Source of the DNA: Schmidtea nova
Lineage: Eukaryota
Reading direction: 5' to 3'
Assembly (NCBI GenBank): GCA_044892505.1
Contig: CM097883.1
Location: forward strand, 160,642,001-160,706,000
DNA: 64,000 nt
The notes beneath the pieces are model-generated. The model was not told the origin of the DNA. It saw nothing but the letters and a program-made list of their open reading frames with translations, and searched no databases. Position numbers and translations under genes: made by a program. Shown here in pieces: positions 31,808 to 46,484 of the stretch. Every line of letters starts with the position of its first letter. Positions within the stretch are counted from its first letter, which is position 1.

Positions 31808-32349
31808 TTATTCTCGATAAATTAAATTTACAATATCATAAATGATACAGAATCCAATTGTTATCTTCAATATATTTTTCAATCTTTCTTTGGTTTTCCT
31901 AATAGTTCTATTATTTTCAGCCAATTCTATTAGTTTTTTCCATTGTCCATTTTCTTGAACCCAGGGGCATATTTCACTTTGGATAATCTAAAATAATATT
32001 AACATTATAATTAAATAAAAATAATAATATACCTGTACTGACCATTGAAAATAATTTTCATAATTTGAATCCGAATTATCCATTATTTGTTTTATATGCA
32101 TGAACGCCACAATGGCATGTGACCACTTCATTTAAGACTCAAATAACTAGTAAAACATGCTTTTGAATGCATGTTTCTTGCGTGTGACTAATTTTTGATT
32201 TAAAATCCATGAATAGTCGATGGGATTGAATGATATATTTTCTCGGCATCGGACACTAGGATTTGTAAATTTGATATGATTTCGTCATCATCTTTTTCTT
32301 TTGATAAGAAACCATCAATCAAATTTATTATAAATATTTTTTGTTTCAT
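31808..32349 (-). pseudogene. Bcl-2 family-like pseudogene with a 45-nt intron (31988-32032)
   Basis: BH3-like IISNLQILVSDAEKIY, BH1-like KWSHAIVAF, BH2-like ICPWVQENGQWKKL and a C-terminal hydrophobic tail ILKITIGFCIIYDIVNLIY. A GT-AG intron removes an in-frame stop. Frameshifts lie upstream of BH1. Confidence 0.62.
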
Positions 32350-32849
32350 TTTATAAATAATCATAAATTTTCAAGTATTTATAAAAAAATTCCAAGATTT
32401 GTATGTGTTTGTATTTCTCATGCATTGCAATTTGATTGAACAAGTATTGCAACTTGATTGTAACTCATGCGCATGGACAATAAAGAATAAAGATTATCAA
32501 AATAACTAAATTTAAGAATCTCCATGTATTATATCAATTAACATGAGGAAAGATAATTTTGTTATCATTTATTTTAAGATTTTATTTTATAATGAGGTTG
32601 TATTTTACCTTTAACTTTTTAATAAAGCATGCAAGTCGTTGTTGTGGACCACCGTAATCCAACATATTAGATAAAATAATAATAATAATAATACTTTGGA
32701 AAATTGTAAAAATAATAATAATACTTAATAAAATAATATCAGTAATACTTTTAAAAATAATAATAATAATAATACTTCGGAAAATAGTAAGGATAAGAAT
32801 AAGAAATATTTCAATATTATTAATAATAATACTTAGGAAAATAATATCA

Positions 32850-33630
32850 AAATGCAAAATGCAAAATCTTTTCAGCAAATCGAATCCAATTAAAATGAAA
32901 TCAGTTAAAAACGATACGAAATCAAATCAAAACAAATTTGATTTACTACCGGTTTAGATGTTTCACGATTACCAAATGTTTTTCTTGGTAAATGAAATTC
33001 CATTCAAGGTCCCAAATCCGGTAAAGCTGTCGATTTCGCAATATTCCAACTTAATTGGTCAGATTTATAAAAAGATGTTGTTGCAATCAACAAGAAATTA
33101 TCTTGCAATGAAACAATATTTATCAACAACAGGAACACCAAATTTCAAGATGAATTTTAATCAGTTGAATTTATGGATAAGGAAAATTGGTTTGTTGATA
33201 TATCCATCCAAGGATATAAAATCGATCCAAAAGAATCAATGTCTCCAATTTGGAAAATAAAAAGTGCTAGAATTGTATAGGTGGAATCGCATAAATAACA
33301 TTGATGTCGTAGATGTCGATGGAGTCGCATTTGTGTATTTATTAATAAATGTTGATAAAATCTCACTTGTTTTTTTGAAAAATGGTGGTTTTGTAAAATT
33401 TTGTTTTTGAAAAGATTTTTGAATTTTTGTAAAAATAAAATATTTTACCTTGACATTAGTGTGTCCTTAAAATTAAAAAAAATTGATAACTCATCATGGG
33501 TATGTGCAAAAATTTGGGGGGGGGGGGTTCGCAAAAAAAAGTAACCCCGTTGGGTCACTTGATTTTGATTGGATGCACACATGTGGTGACTTCATATGTC
33601 TTTGTTCCCTCGTCCACACTTCCTCCTACT
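32850..33630. mobile_element. Polinton/Maverick terminal fragment (subterminal ORF remnant plus TIR)
   Basis: 33085-33280 matches 58050-58302. 33571-33630 matches the TIR at 58569-58628 and ends ...ctact. The other end was not found. Confidence 0.7.
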
Positions 33631-35946
33631 AACGTTGCCAAAATAGCGCTGGTAAATTAAATCATTAATTTTATGATAAATTTTATACAAATTCGAAATA
33701 ATTTTATTTTAATCCGAAATTTCTAATATTATTCAAAGGTTTTGCCAAATTTATTAAATTTCTATGATCATTGTATTTTATTTAAATATTTTAATTGTCC
33801 TAATATAATTTTATAGAAATTAACCAATTTATTAATAAAATGTTTGGAATGTTTCACACTTGCGGTTAATTGTTGTAATTAAATGTTTTATGTTATATTT
33901 GTTTTTCGTGCTTGCCTCGAGCTTATAGGTTTTAATTTAATTTTTTATACGTATTTAATTTTTACGTTTCATTAATTTTCTTTATTTGGTGTTTCCTCTT
34001 TATCAATATAAGTTTACTTCGTTCTCGCTTTCTACATGCTATGTTACCGCGCTATTTAAAAAAAATCAATCGAATTCAGTTTTGCCCACAAATTTGTTAG
34101 GGTTACCTTACCTGCCGACTTTTAATATAAACGGTTTTAATGCTGACTAACTGGTAATCGTAATATATGCTCGTTCATTGTTTTCTATCAACAACTCTAA
34201 ATGCAGCTCGAGAATGAATAATGTTTGGATAGTAAAACATACATGATCTTACCCTTGGCGAACTTTCTTTTAGAGTTTGTATTAATTACAATATAGATAA
34301 GCGAGTGAACATTTTACTAGTCGAACTTCAATTTGTCACTTGTTGGTTTGTTGATGGTAAAATTCAAATTAATTATATGATACTGTTAAAAGCTGACACA
34401 ATGATTGTTGATGATAAAATGCTGATTTATACTGATTTGACTTCAGTATTTATACTGTTTGGGTCTTACTGGTCGGTCAAAAAAAATCGACCTACCGCTA
34501 AATGCGTAATAATTTGATGTTTATTTATCTTATTATTTTGATGTATGTTTCAGGTTTCCGTTCGCTGGCTCAAGGTTCACTTAATAAAACAATTACAATA
34601 CTTTATTTCGAAATTTATGTTAATTTTCTTGTAGATTCCACTCATCCACTTTGGTTTTTTGTACGCTCGTGATTATTTGTAAATGGTAATTTATTTTATT
34701 TATTCATATTCTTTCATAGCCCTTTTATTTATTCATATTCAATACTCATTTATTTTAGGTTTTATTCTTATTTTTAATTATATTTAGTCAGTTTCTTTTC
34801 CCTTTTTAGATAAATTTGTCAGCCCAACAAACATGTGTTTTATTTAAATTGTGTGTATATTGTATTATAATTTTAGGCAATATTTTGAATGTCTATGTAA
34901 TATTTTATTTCAACTTCTTGCATGTGCTTTGATTTTTGGGTTATTGAACCATTTAAACAAATTGAGTTTAAATTTTTGTTTTTGCCCAACACGTTTATGT
35001 AAATTAAAAATCCATTATTGCCAGGAAAATTATAATAATCATTTCTAGCAACTCGTCTGGCAGAGTGACTGAACTGATAATTCTCATTATCTGATCACTC
35101 ATGAGGTTTCTCGAGACATCGGTGAATGAGCAAAATAATCGGTTTGCTTTGTATATGTCGATAAGTTTCTCGGTGAGTTTCATTGAGAATAATAACTGTA
35201 ACGAATGAATTTTGATTCTGATGATTTTCAATTTAATTTATTTATGTCGGTAATTTATTTCTAGACTTATCACTTTAATTTGATCATGATTTAATTTTTT
35301 AACAAGTAAAATCCTGATGACGTGCTGATTTGACCATTTCTAAACTTCATTCGTGCATGCTCGATTACTAAAAAAATGAAAATAATTAGAAAATGAAAAC
35401 AGAGAACTAGTGCGGCGTTTGGAGAAATTCGTTAAACGTTGCCGAACAATGAAAAGAATGAAACACGTTCAACTCCAAATACAAGCCATGAAGAAACAAG
35501 GCAAGTACGATTCTTTGCAACAGAGAGCATTACAAATCACAATATAGTGAAATCACTCTGCTCCTTATGGAACACGAGTTGGAGATAGTGTCAATCAGCC
35601 AAGTGCGACGAACATATCAGAACTGTTTCCAGCAAATACAGGGATCCAGAAACCAGTGCCAGCAAAACGACAAAAGCTTAGTAAAATGGAACTAGCGCGT
35701 AACAAACAGTGACTCGAAGCTCGGATATTGGAGCAGTTGCTGCTACCCCACCAAGTTGATTTGACAGAAGATTGAAATATTGGGATCCATATTCAAGCAT
35801 AAATAATTTAATGTTTTTATTCTGTTTCATGTAAATTGTTTTGTGAATATTGGTTTTGAATAATATTATTGACACTTAATGTCTCATAGGTATGAAGTAT
35901 GTTTTGAAAATAAAATATTTATTGTTATTAGAATATTTAATGTATT

Positions 35947-37788
35947 TGTTGGGTTATTGGTTTTTTGATGAAGCTTAAAAATTACCAATCAAATTTCTGA
36001 CTCCAATTATTAATCAATATTATAACAGGTACTATCAATCAATAACCTGAGGAAATTATACAGTGCTTATTACAACACTATTGTGAGGAATAGCACTCGT
36101 GTATAATTTCTGCCTAACGATCACCAACTACTGATTTATATTTAATAATAGGTAACCAACTCTTTGTTTTATTTGCTTTGACTTGAACTTCGGCTTACAA
36201 ACTGTTCAATAAATTCCTCAATAAACTTTTCGCAATCAATTTCTTATCGTAAAACTTCTGTTACAAATCACCACAAACTTCTCCGCAATTTTCTTTACAA
36301 TACTTCTCCACAAAACGTCTGTTACAAATTCGTTCCACAAAAATTTTACAAATTTTTCCACAAACTACTTTACAAATTTCTTTTGTCTAAACTGTTGTCT
36401 CAGCTTTTTTATAATTTGTCATTCTCCGGCACTTGTGATGATTTACTTTTTCTCCCATTCCTGCCGCTGGCATTTCCCAATTGTTTTTTCAAATTTTCCG
36501 TGTTATCTTGACAGCTGTCAAGATACCGGTTTTGTTTTTGTTTTCCAATTCAGGAATTTTGGGATTTCAATTTTGTTTTCTTTCACTTTTTAATTTTAAA
36601 TGACCTTTCTCTGTTTTATTTATTTTATTTTTGGTACTCCTTCCTAATTTCTCAATTTTTTGCTTTTGTTGGGTTCTGGGATTGTTGGTGAAATGGTAAA
36701 CGTTACCAATCAAATATCTGACTCCAAAGCGTGCCTTTAATTGACCACAATAACAATTAACACTGGAAACTTTATTAAATATTACAAATATTTTCTTTAA
36801 CACTGAATTGACTTAAATCAACAGACCAACAACTGATTATACGGTGCTTATTACGACACAATGGTGAAGAATATCACTTTGTATAATCTTGGCTCGAAGG
36901 ATCACTCACCACTGAGGGGTATAACAATTGGTAATTTAGCTGGTTGTCTTCTGGATTTGACAAGGATTTACTGGTTGAGTTTTACTCTATTATTAATCGA
37001 TGATAACGGGTTTCACTCAATTTTCTGTCACGTCCGTTATTTCTGATTTAAGATTTAGTCGGATTTTCTTCAAATTATTTTCTAAACTTCTCTTCCAATT
37101 TTCTCTGGCCTCACAATCTTTTAATTTCTCTGATGCTTTACTCTGTATTTTTCTTCAACCGTCTGTCAGTAATATTCTGTTAAATTGTCTCTCGTGATTT
37201 TCTCCCGCCAAATGTTCTGTCTAAAATCTTCTGCAAAAACTTCTGATTATTATGTTCTGACTATTTCTGCTGCCCTTCCTCTTTCTTTACCTCGTCAATT
37301 TGTGGCACTTAAGTTTGTTTTTCATTTTTCCTCCACAGAATTCCCCGACATTTTTCTGCAACGGAGTTATCTCTGACATCTGTCAAGATATTCTCTCTTT
37401 TCTTTTTGTTTTTTATTATCTTTGACAGGCTGTCGAGATAGTGCAATATTTTGTTTTTTGTTTTTCCCGATTAATTTTCCTTTTTCTTTTGCACTAATTA
37501 ATTAGTGTTGACCTTCGTTTTGATTTCTTGTCTGATTTCTCTTTTTCATTTCTCGTTTCTTTTTATTTTCGTTTTCTTTCCCGAGTTCCCATTAGCCATC
37601 TCATTCGTCATGACGATTTTCCCCCAGGTAATTTTATTTATTTATTAGTAAATTTTTATTTAGGTATCCTCAACAATTTTCTGTTTTCTTCCCCAAGTTA
37701 CAGAATGCTCTCTCAATCACCCTATCCGTTTTCCCCCAAGTTATTCAAATTGTCTATAATATTATTTATTATCTAGGTATCCTCAGCA
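35947..37788 (-). mobile_element. Solo LTR containing a nested related solo LTR
   Basis: TG(ttgggtt)...(taggtatcctcag)CA with a 4-bp TSD TATT. Confidence 0.7.
36667..37675 (-). mobile_element. Nested solo LTR of the same family
   Basis: tgttgggtt...taggtatcctcaaca. Shares ttaccaatcaaat.tctgactccaa, gtgcttattac.acac and tatc..gaca.ctgtc.agata motifs with the host LTR. Flanks are cttt/attt. Confidence 0.65.
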
Positions 37789-39649
37789 TATTTATAGTAA
37801 AGAATATTCTAAATAATTATTTAAATAATATTATGCTAAATTTATATTTAATCTGATTGTTTCTAATCAGAAATATTCTATTAAATTGTCTTTCGATGAA
37901 TATAGCGTTTGAAAATGAAGAGACCGTAAAGTAAATGAGTTTAAGTCTTTTATCGACAGCTCTTGAACCCATAATGATACTCTGTCAATTATAGTTATGG
38001 AAACTGCGCTCACTTTTTGCGAGTATCCACCCAATAGTTACATTATAAACGTTGCTTTGCGACGGGCAACTAAAGAATATGCAATGATTGTATACAGTAA
38101 TCAACATTGTTAACGTAACAATGTGGATATTTTAGACAATAAAATAAGCATACATAAATTTAATACTTAATAATAAACGGAAAGTGTAAACATTGTTTCT
38201 TCAGATTAAATGGAAGTTGCAATTTTCATGTTACCAATCTTGATAAAATTGGGAATTTATACCAGTTAGACACTTCTTATAAGGACACAAACTCATAATT
38301 TTGAGATAATACAATACAGTATTAGCTCGGAAATGTAATACCTGAAATGCTAATCAAATTCAAAATTTTCAACTCATTATAATTTCTTTATTTATGAATA
38401 CAAATAAATTTATAATAAATACACTGCTGTGATAATAATAATAATTTAAAATTATTTATAAAGAAAAATTTTAAGAGATATTAATAATAACTGAGACAAT
38501 AGTAATTAAATTAAACTACGATGATAATATACTCTAACAGTGATAATAGTAAATTTTATATTATCCTGTGTTCTTTTTGCCTATTTTAAGCAATTCATGG
38601 ACTCACAGGCGGGTCATTTTTTCAAACACGAACCTGGAATTGTTAAAAATATTGGTTTCATATTTAAACATTTAATATTTAGGGAATAGGAATTCCATGG
38701 AAACCTACCCAACCAAGAATCAAATTCAATCACAAAACTACATCATACGTGCATGTCAATCGAGGTGACATCGAATGTATGCAGTTCCAGTTCTATTTCT
38801 CATTAGCATTATTATTTTACTTTCTCTCCATATGAAGAAATTACTTTTGATTTCCTTGTATTTAGTTTTAAATGAATAGATAATAGTAACTTATTTTTAT
38901 ATTATTTTATTTTTATTTCAGAAAAATTAAATGTGAATGTCAAGTGTAAACTGTATTTTGTTGTATAGATTTTTATTTTAATTTTTCAGAAATATTTCTC
39001 ACTTATTCGCGATAACACGATCTATGTGTGTTCATCATGGAGTCGCGTTACGTGTTATCGCGCATTAAAGTACTCGTTAAAACAATCCTATTTAGTTTAT
39101 TTCAATTTTATAATTCTATTTCCATTATCTTACTGATATTTTATAAGTAATTTTCCTGTAAACTGATTAAAATATTTTATATTTTTAAAAACTATTTTTA
39201 TACTTAAACTATATTCTTTCGTATTTTAGTTCGGCTTTTAAATGTCCCCATCAATTTGTTTGCGGTCCTTCGTATTTAAATTTGACCTGCAATCAAATTA
39301 TGCGATCAACATTTTTATTATTTCCCTATCATGACAGTCTTACAAAATGCTGTTTTTATGTCCATACTAAGTTGATGCTTGTCTTTTCTTGCATTTTAAT
39401 ATTTTATCTATTCATGTTTATTGAACCTCATATATTATGTACTTTTACTTACTGTGTTTTCGTAGATTTTAAATAGACTTCTTGTGGTACTTGTGTATTA
39501 TCGACGCATTTAAACAAATTAAAAGTTATGCTTTCGTCAGTCCAACAATTTTTATCATTTTTATTTCATATAAATTGTAAATACGCACGACTTATATATA
39601 AAAATAATTAATTACTGTTTAATTATGTACGCATAATATTTATCATAAT

Positions 39650-39885
39650 TATCTTTTTGTTTCACCTTTGATCTTTTTAGTTATTAATATCAATAATTTC
39701 CATAATGGTAAGACTATAGATCAAAATAATTTTTTAACAAGTACACAATATTTCGGAACAGCCTTTATCAAGTGTATTTTTCCATACTTGATATAGACTA
39801 TGCCAAAATATTGTGTACTTGTTAAAAAATAATTTTGATCTAGTCTTACCATTATGAAAATTATTGATATTAACATTAATATTTG
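39650..39885. repeat. Long palindromic (foldback) repeat, copy 1
   Basis: ~100-bp arms centred near 39780. A second copy lies in opposite orientation at 61520-61741. Confidence 0.8.
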
Positions 39886-40590
39886 TTTATTTATATTTGG
39901 AGTCAAAAATTGTATCAATATCAATTCTTCACATTTTTGATTTTAACATATTACAGGAGAAAAATATAACAAACTGGTCAATTGATGAACATGTACATAA
40001 AGTACAATGAGGATATTTAGTAACAAACAACAAAAACAGGTTCGAGAATCTCAAAAGCTTTTTATAGCTGGAGAACGGAACAACTTTCATAAATATGGAT
40101 TAACACGCTTTATTATTCCTATAAATAAAACTCATTTGTTATCGCTTTAATTATTCTTTTGAATAAAGAGCAATCAAACGGCTAACAAAATAATATTTAT
40201 TAAAAATCTGTAATTATAATATGAATCTCCAAAAGAACAAGTTATATTTATAATTGATAATTATGTCACCAATGTAGCTGAACAAATTTATAAACTCAAA
40301 TTAAATGTATTAATTAAAAAACAATAAATAAACATATAAAACTGTAGAAACCATACATCAAAGTAGTAGCTGATAAAAATTTCCAAGAAACAATACAAAA
40401 ACAAAAAAGCTGTGTCGAATTAAACACAAAAGTGTCAGTAGTAATTTGATAGTGTTTATCTATTGGTGACATAAGGTCATTGATATATTGTCGCTATTTA
40501 TTTATACAAAAAACATCGATTCGACTCCAAATAGTTTGAAAGATTATCAAAATGTTAGTCATTCAACATTCAGAAAGAGTAATCATGTCA

Positions 40591-41430
40591 TTATTTTCTC
40601 AATTCATTCTCTTCATTTTCATTGTATGAGAAAGCTGTAGATCTCCTACGAGGAAGTACTTGATAAATCGAAATTAATAAGTCCAAAAATGAACCACCGG
40701 GTGTCATTTCAGATAATGATGGAGTGCTAAATCGTCTAGTTCTTCTTGGTCTGACTTCGACGGGAGTGTTCTGTAAATAATAATTTTTAATTTTTTTTAT
40801 TATATAATAATAATAATAAATAGCAATTTCAATAAATTTCAGTAAACTTTTGATAGTGTAATCTAAAATTTTCAAACATGAATTTAATACAATTTATCAT
40901 AAATAATAACTAATAATATGTAAATGTACAATTCAAGGTAAAATATTCATTAATATTAACCAAATATTTTACCATACATTTTTTATCTATCAACAATGAT
41001 ACCAATTTCCCCTTGGAGTAACAAATTCTTTAATTAGACTTCGTTGCTGAATAAAGATGCTAAATAAATAAAAAGTTGATATTCGAGTGTATTTATAATC
41101 TAAACTAGTGCTTATCAACCTTTTTCCTATCGTTGACCTTAAATAACCGAATAATTTTGACGCAGACCAATAAAATGTATGAGTATATGAAAAAAACAGG
41201 AAAATAATAACCAAACAAAATGAGACCCTATAAATGCTCAATCGAGTGTGGTCATGCGTTATTGATTTAAAAAATAAAATTAATAACCATTTGAAATGGT
41301 CCATTTTTTATTATAATTTCTTTGTATATTTTAGTATATATTTTTGAAGACAGGTGGAATATTTTCGCGAGTCTACACCAGTCTACTTACCAGTGGTTGA
41401 GAAATACTAACCGACACATTAAAACAGCTT
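40591..41430 (-). CDS. Possible terminal exons of an unidentified host gene (exons ~41391-41430 and ~40591-40770)
   Basis: ttttgcag acceptor, 40-nt exon and gtaagt donor, then a tttacag acceptor. The join is in frame: SCFNVSVSISQPL|NTPVEVRPRRTRRFSTPSLSEMTPGG...*. No family recognised. Confidence 0.3.
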
Positions 41431-41488
41431 CTGCAAAAAATAAATACACAATACACCTGTATTGCCAACCACTTGTATAAAAATTTAA

Positions 41489-41521
<33 letters not shown>

Positions 41522-42905
41522 ATTTTATTATTTTTATATATCAGTGTAAAAGCTAATAAAATATACACACTATTAATATTCCCACAATAAAAATCAGTGC
41601 AGAGCTGCACTCCATCTAAAATATTCCAAAGAATTATTGATTTAATTTTAGCTTAAATTTTTATTGAAGTTAAAAAATTATTTTCCTATTAATTTCCTAA
41701 AATATTTTCTAAATATTTTTTTCTACTAATAAAAAATTCTACGAAAAATAATATAATGAATAATATTTTAATAATTTAATTTTTTATAATTTTACTTTCC
41801 AAGCGTAAATTCTCGCAGAAATTATCAGATATTGATACAATTTCTTACAATAGACATTTTGATCAATAAATTGTCACGTGACATCGACAGCAATTGTCCT
41901 CGTATGACCTTCAATAAATAATCCAAGGAGAATATTTCCATTCGCCATTGAATGCCATCGATTGACAATGATTATTCATATGTTTAATAATTGAAATTTC
42001 CAGCGGGTGATTTCGGGTGACTGCATGTGACTGTATAATGTCGAATTGCAGTAATTTATTAATATATTATAGCATTTTGACAACAGGGTCTATGGGGATT
42101 ATTGGATTTTTATTTTGAATATCAATATAAATTTTATTTGTTTCTAATGAAGTGACTTGTAAATTATCAATTTTTTTTTGAATTATTAAAAATTAATTAA
42201 TTACTATTTACCTAAGTTTAAAATTAATTCGCCCAGTGACTTATTTTATTATTTTAAATTAGAATTTTAAAAACATCAATTAAAATCCTGATTTCACAAA
42301 ATTTACCTATTTTGATATGATTGATTTTCCGTAACCCTTTATAAAAGCAGTGATTATTCTAAATTGTAATTTAACATTAATTCAAATGGATAGAAAAAGG
42401 AACCCATAAAAACAAGTTTTTAATGTAACTCTTTCTTTTTCTCATGTTCTCGGTTAATTTTATTGTTGTTTTATTGTTTGGTAGTTTCTTGGCAACAGTA
42501 AATTGAAAAATCACATTGTTTCAAAATTTTTCAATTTTTCAATGGAATAATTTGTGGGCCACCACGAGTCTGCTCGCAAATTTTCAGATCGATTGGATAT
42601 CGGGAAGTGGGTTAAAAGTCGATCCAAAGTTTGACAAGAAAACAAACAGAAATTGGAAGTTAAGAGTTTTAAAAAATAATTAATTATAAAATCTTAAAAA
42701 TATATGTTTATACTTGCACAATAATTTGTGATACAGAGTTACAGTTTACACTGCGAGTTCAAATTTTGCATATGATTTCATAATTATTATATACTTATGC
42801 AATTCAATTTTAATAATATCATATAGGTGCTAAGTTTAATGTTTCACATCTGTCCAATACTAATAATAAGATAATTAAATTAATAAAAATTTTAAAGATT
42901 ATATA

Positions 42906-43276
42906 CCCTGGCAGTACTTCCTCAGGAAGTAGTTAATAGTTCCTTTGGGATGGCCAGTCAATGCAGCAGTTTCGCTCTGACTTTTTCCACAAAAGTAACA
43001 TCCGTAAATAATGCCTTTCTGAAAGTCTGTAAGCTCTCTTTGAGTAGTTATATTCTAAGAAAGTGACAATCCTTCATTAACACGACTCACTGTTGTGTGT
43101 CTGCTGGAGTAGTCATATTCTGTGTGAGTGCGTGCGTGTTTACATGTGCGCATGCAGCATGTTGAAGGTGTTGGTAACCTTTGTTCCCATTGCTGTTCAT
43201 ATCTGCACTGCAGAAGTTCATTATAAACTGCAATATGTAAATAACTGCCTGGTCAGAGACTTTTGGTAGGCCAGGG
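42906..43276. mobile_element. TA-flanked MITE, copy 1 (left TIR degenerate)
   Basis: ccctgg...ccaggg flanked by TA. Internal sequence is near-identical to 46485-46870. Confidence 0.75.
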
Positions 43277-43829
43277 TATGTATATACTAGTTTGCCGCCG
43301 GACGCATGGAGCCGTCTAATTATATTTGTTCATTATCACAGTATTAAAGGAACAGTTGAAAAATTATTTATCATATTTCAACACTTGCCGAAAAAGGGTG
43401 ATATTTGCCCTTTAATTTATTCAACTGTATTCATAACTGAGATAATATGGAAATATATTATTTGTAATAAAAATATAGAAAAATTTCAATTAAAACATTT
43501 ACGATTTTGAAAAGAAATTGAGCTAATTTAATATAATCATTAATGATACCTAGGTCAAATTAAATAACCTGTTTGATTAATTTACGTTTATATAGTCTAG
43601 TATTTACAGATAAATACAAATAAATATAATTTTACAATTATATCATATACAATACCACTTATAATTAGACATTAAAATTGTAGTGCCTCCGTCATATATA
43701 TGTTTATTTATATTTTAACTAAATTTAATATATATTTTAATTATATATACATATCTATATTAAATTAAGGATATATATATTTATAAAACCAAAAGTTTGT
43801 TTTAAAGAGAAAAAATAGAGATACGATTC

Positions 43830-44130
43830 GAAATTAAAAACGCAAGAAATTACAATAAATTTGAAATCAAAACGCAAGCAATTTACAACTAATTTGAAAT
43901 CCAAACGCAAGCAATTTACAATAAATTTGAAATCCAAACACAAGCTATTTACAATAAATTTGAAATCCAAACGCAAGCAATTTACAATAAATTTGAAATC
44001 CAAAACTCAAGAAATTTATAATTGATTTGAAATCCAAAACGCAAGAAATTTATAATAAATTTGAAATCCAAAACGAAAGAAATTTATAATAGATTTGAAA
44101 TCCCAAACGCAAGAAATTTGTAAACGCAAA
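43830..44130. repeat. Minisatellite, ~33-34-bp unit, about 8-9 copies
   Basis: Repeated aaatttgaaatccaaacgcaagcaatttacaat. Confidence 0.9.
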
Positions 44131-46484
44131 AAAATTGGAAAACTCAGAAAAGAAGATATTTTTAAAATAAATGTATATTGAATATTTGTTCTTGTTTAAT
44201 TTTGTTTTAGAGGTATCTGCAATGAAAATTGCAACCCCTACAAAAATATTTATAATATAAAGTTTAAAATTGAGAGGAAGACATTGCCAAAAGGAAATAA
44301 TACACAAATAAGTACACAAATAATTGACTTAAGTTAAGGGGAATATAAAACATGGCAAAAGATTCTATCTACATTAATGGAATAAAAAAGCTACTTGTAA
44401 GATGGCGAGAAGTTATAGGTAATAAAGGAAAATGTGTAATTGATTAAAATTATAAGTTGTGTTTTATTTACATTTTTTTTAAATATCACAAAAATGCGCA
44501 CGAATTTATGAACAGACCTGTAACATATAATGGTTAAATAAAAATTTAAAAAATTATAATAAAATTTATCAATTAAAAAAATCAAATTACAAATAAATTC
44601 AATTTATCAATAATTTCAACGATTTTTTCTATTTTTATATGAAAAGGTTTATAAATTTATTCCTGCTGCCTATTGGGAATATAGAATGAAATATTTGAAA
44701 ATGAAAATTGACTTAAGTGATTTACAAATATTTGATTATGCAAATTCAAAAATTGATTCAAAAATTCATTTTATAAATTCCCTTATAATCATCGGGAATC
44801 CATATAAAGTGCCATCTAAATTGAGCCAATATTTTTAATTGATTATAATTTTTAGAACACATGATAAAGTAATTTGAATAAAATTAATGACTATAAATAA
44901 ATTAGGATTGTTTTTAATGAAACATTATAGAAGCTAGACTTTCAAAGAATTTTTCAATCCTTCTTGTAAAATTTGGCATTTAGTCTCGTGAATTAATAGA
45001 GCTAACTTATATATTTTTCAAAATATTTATGATAATTGCTGGTTTTGTTTTTTTATGTATTTAGTAAATCGAGTGCTGAAGGTTCTGTGTTTGTAAATTG
45101 CGATATGTTAAATTTAAAATTGATTTTTTTAATAATTATATTAATACTAGCTGTCCTGTAAAAAATGACAGACGTTTGTTTATATATCAACAAAAATACA
45201 AATCTCTGATGATTTTAAAATCAATTTTTTTTCTTTTTTTTTGTTCTAATTCATATTCAACACCTAATGATAATATTAATATCGGGCACAAAGTCCAAAC
45301 AAAAAGTGTTGTTTTACTTCCAAGGATCGGAGCAAATAGATTTGGATTTTTGTATTTAAAATTTTTTTAATTCAATATTATTTAGTAAAATAATAAATAA
45401 TTTTTTAAAAATCTATATTACTTTTAATAATCAGTAAATAATTATACAACGCTAGTCATACCAAGTAAATTACATATATTGGACTATAATAAAATTACTA
45501 GATATTTTAATACATTTAAGTAATTATTTACGTATTTGCCTTTCTGAAAAGGTTTATGCAGACACCAATAAACTTGATTTCAGAAAGTAAAAATCTAACC
45601 ACTCAGACAATTTTGAAGCATCATTAACTTTGATTACTATATTAATGTACCATAAAATCGTATAAATAAGCTTCATTCAGGTATCAGTAATAACAAAAAT
45701 TGTTTATTATTACTAATATTATTATAAAACTATTTATAAGTTTAAAATACGTGAGACTTATCTAAGAAAATAGATGGTCCTAGTAAAAGTGTACTGGGAC
45801 TAATCTACACGATTTTATGGTATTACTTCTTTGATAGAAGTCACGAAGTCAGTCGGAATTATGTAGAGAAGTAAAATTCATATCATTTTTGTTTCAAATA
45901 AAAAATGTTTTACTAGCTTTACTATTTTTATACTAGTATAAGTACCTTGAATTTCACACTTTTTAAATAGTAAAAATAATATAAAAATTTTATATTTTAT
46001 ATTTTAAATTCCTCTTTTATCCAAAAACCTTTATTAATTGTAAAAATTCAAATAATTAATTGAAATGAGTTGCTAAGCATATATAGTTATTTTAACAAAT
46101 TTTATACTATCACAATTGATTAATAGGAATTTAGAAAACAATTTCACAGTACTCAGTTAATGATCATTAGTCCGCGAGTGTGAGTAAATGTTTGTTTTAT
46201 GTAATATCAACAAATTTATAATCAATATTTATCCACAAATTGAGTAGAATTAAATTATTAATTTATCGTAAACCTATCGCCAATAATCCATTTCTTTCGT
46301 GGTCCACATTTTTGAATCGACTTTATTTTCGAAGCACTATTTCTGACAAATTCGTAAAATTTGTAAAATATTCATAATTAATATATGAAATAATAATCAA
46401 AAAAATGCGAAATAGAAAAATATAATTTTATTTATTTGAAAAATTATGTGACAAAAAATATAAGTGAATTCTCTTCAATATATA

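Noticed and set aside
32582-32878. Ile-rich hydrophobic ORF
   Set aside because: Translation of (AAT)n-rich low-complexity repeats.
43755-44003. 82-aa repetitive ORF (LDFKFIVNCLR)n
   Set aside because: An artefact of a 33-bp minisatellite. Not a CRISPR array either, since there are no unique spacers.
43286-45175. Two further Helitron-like 3' ends (hairpin + CTAG at ~43287 and ~45147)
   Set aside because: Hairpins are imperfect and matching 5' ends could not be located.
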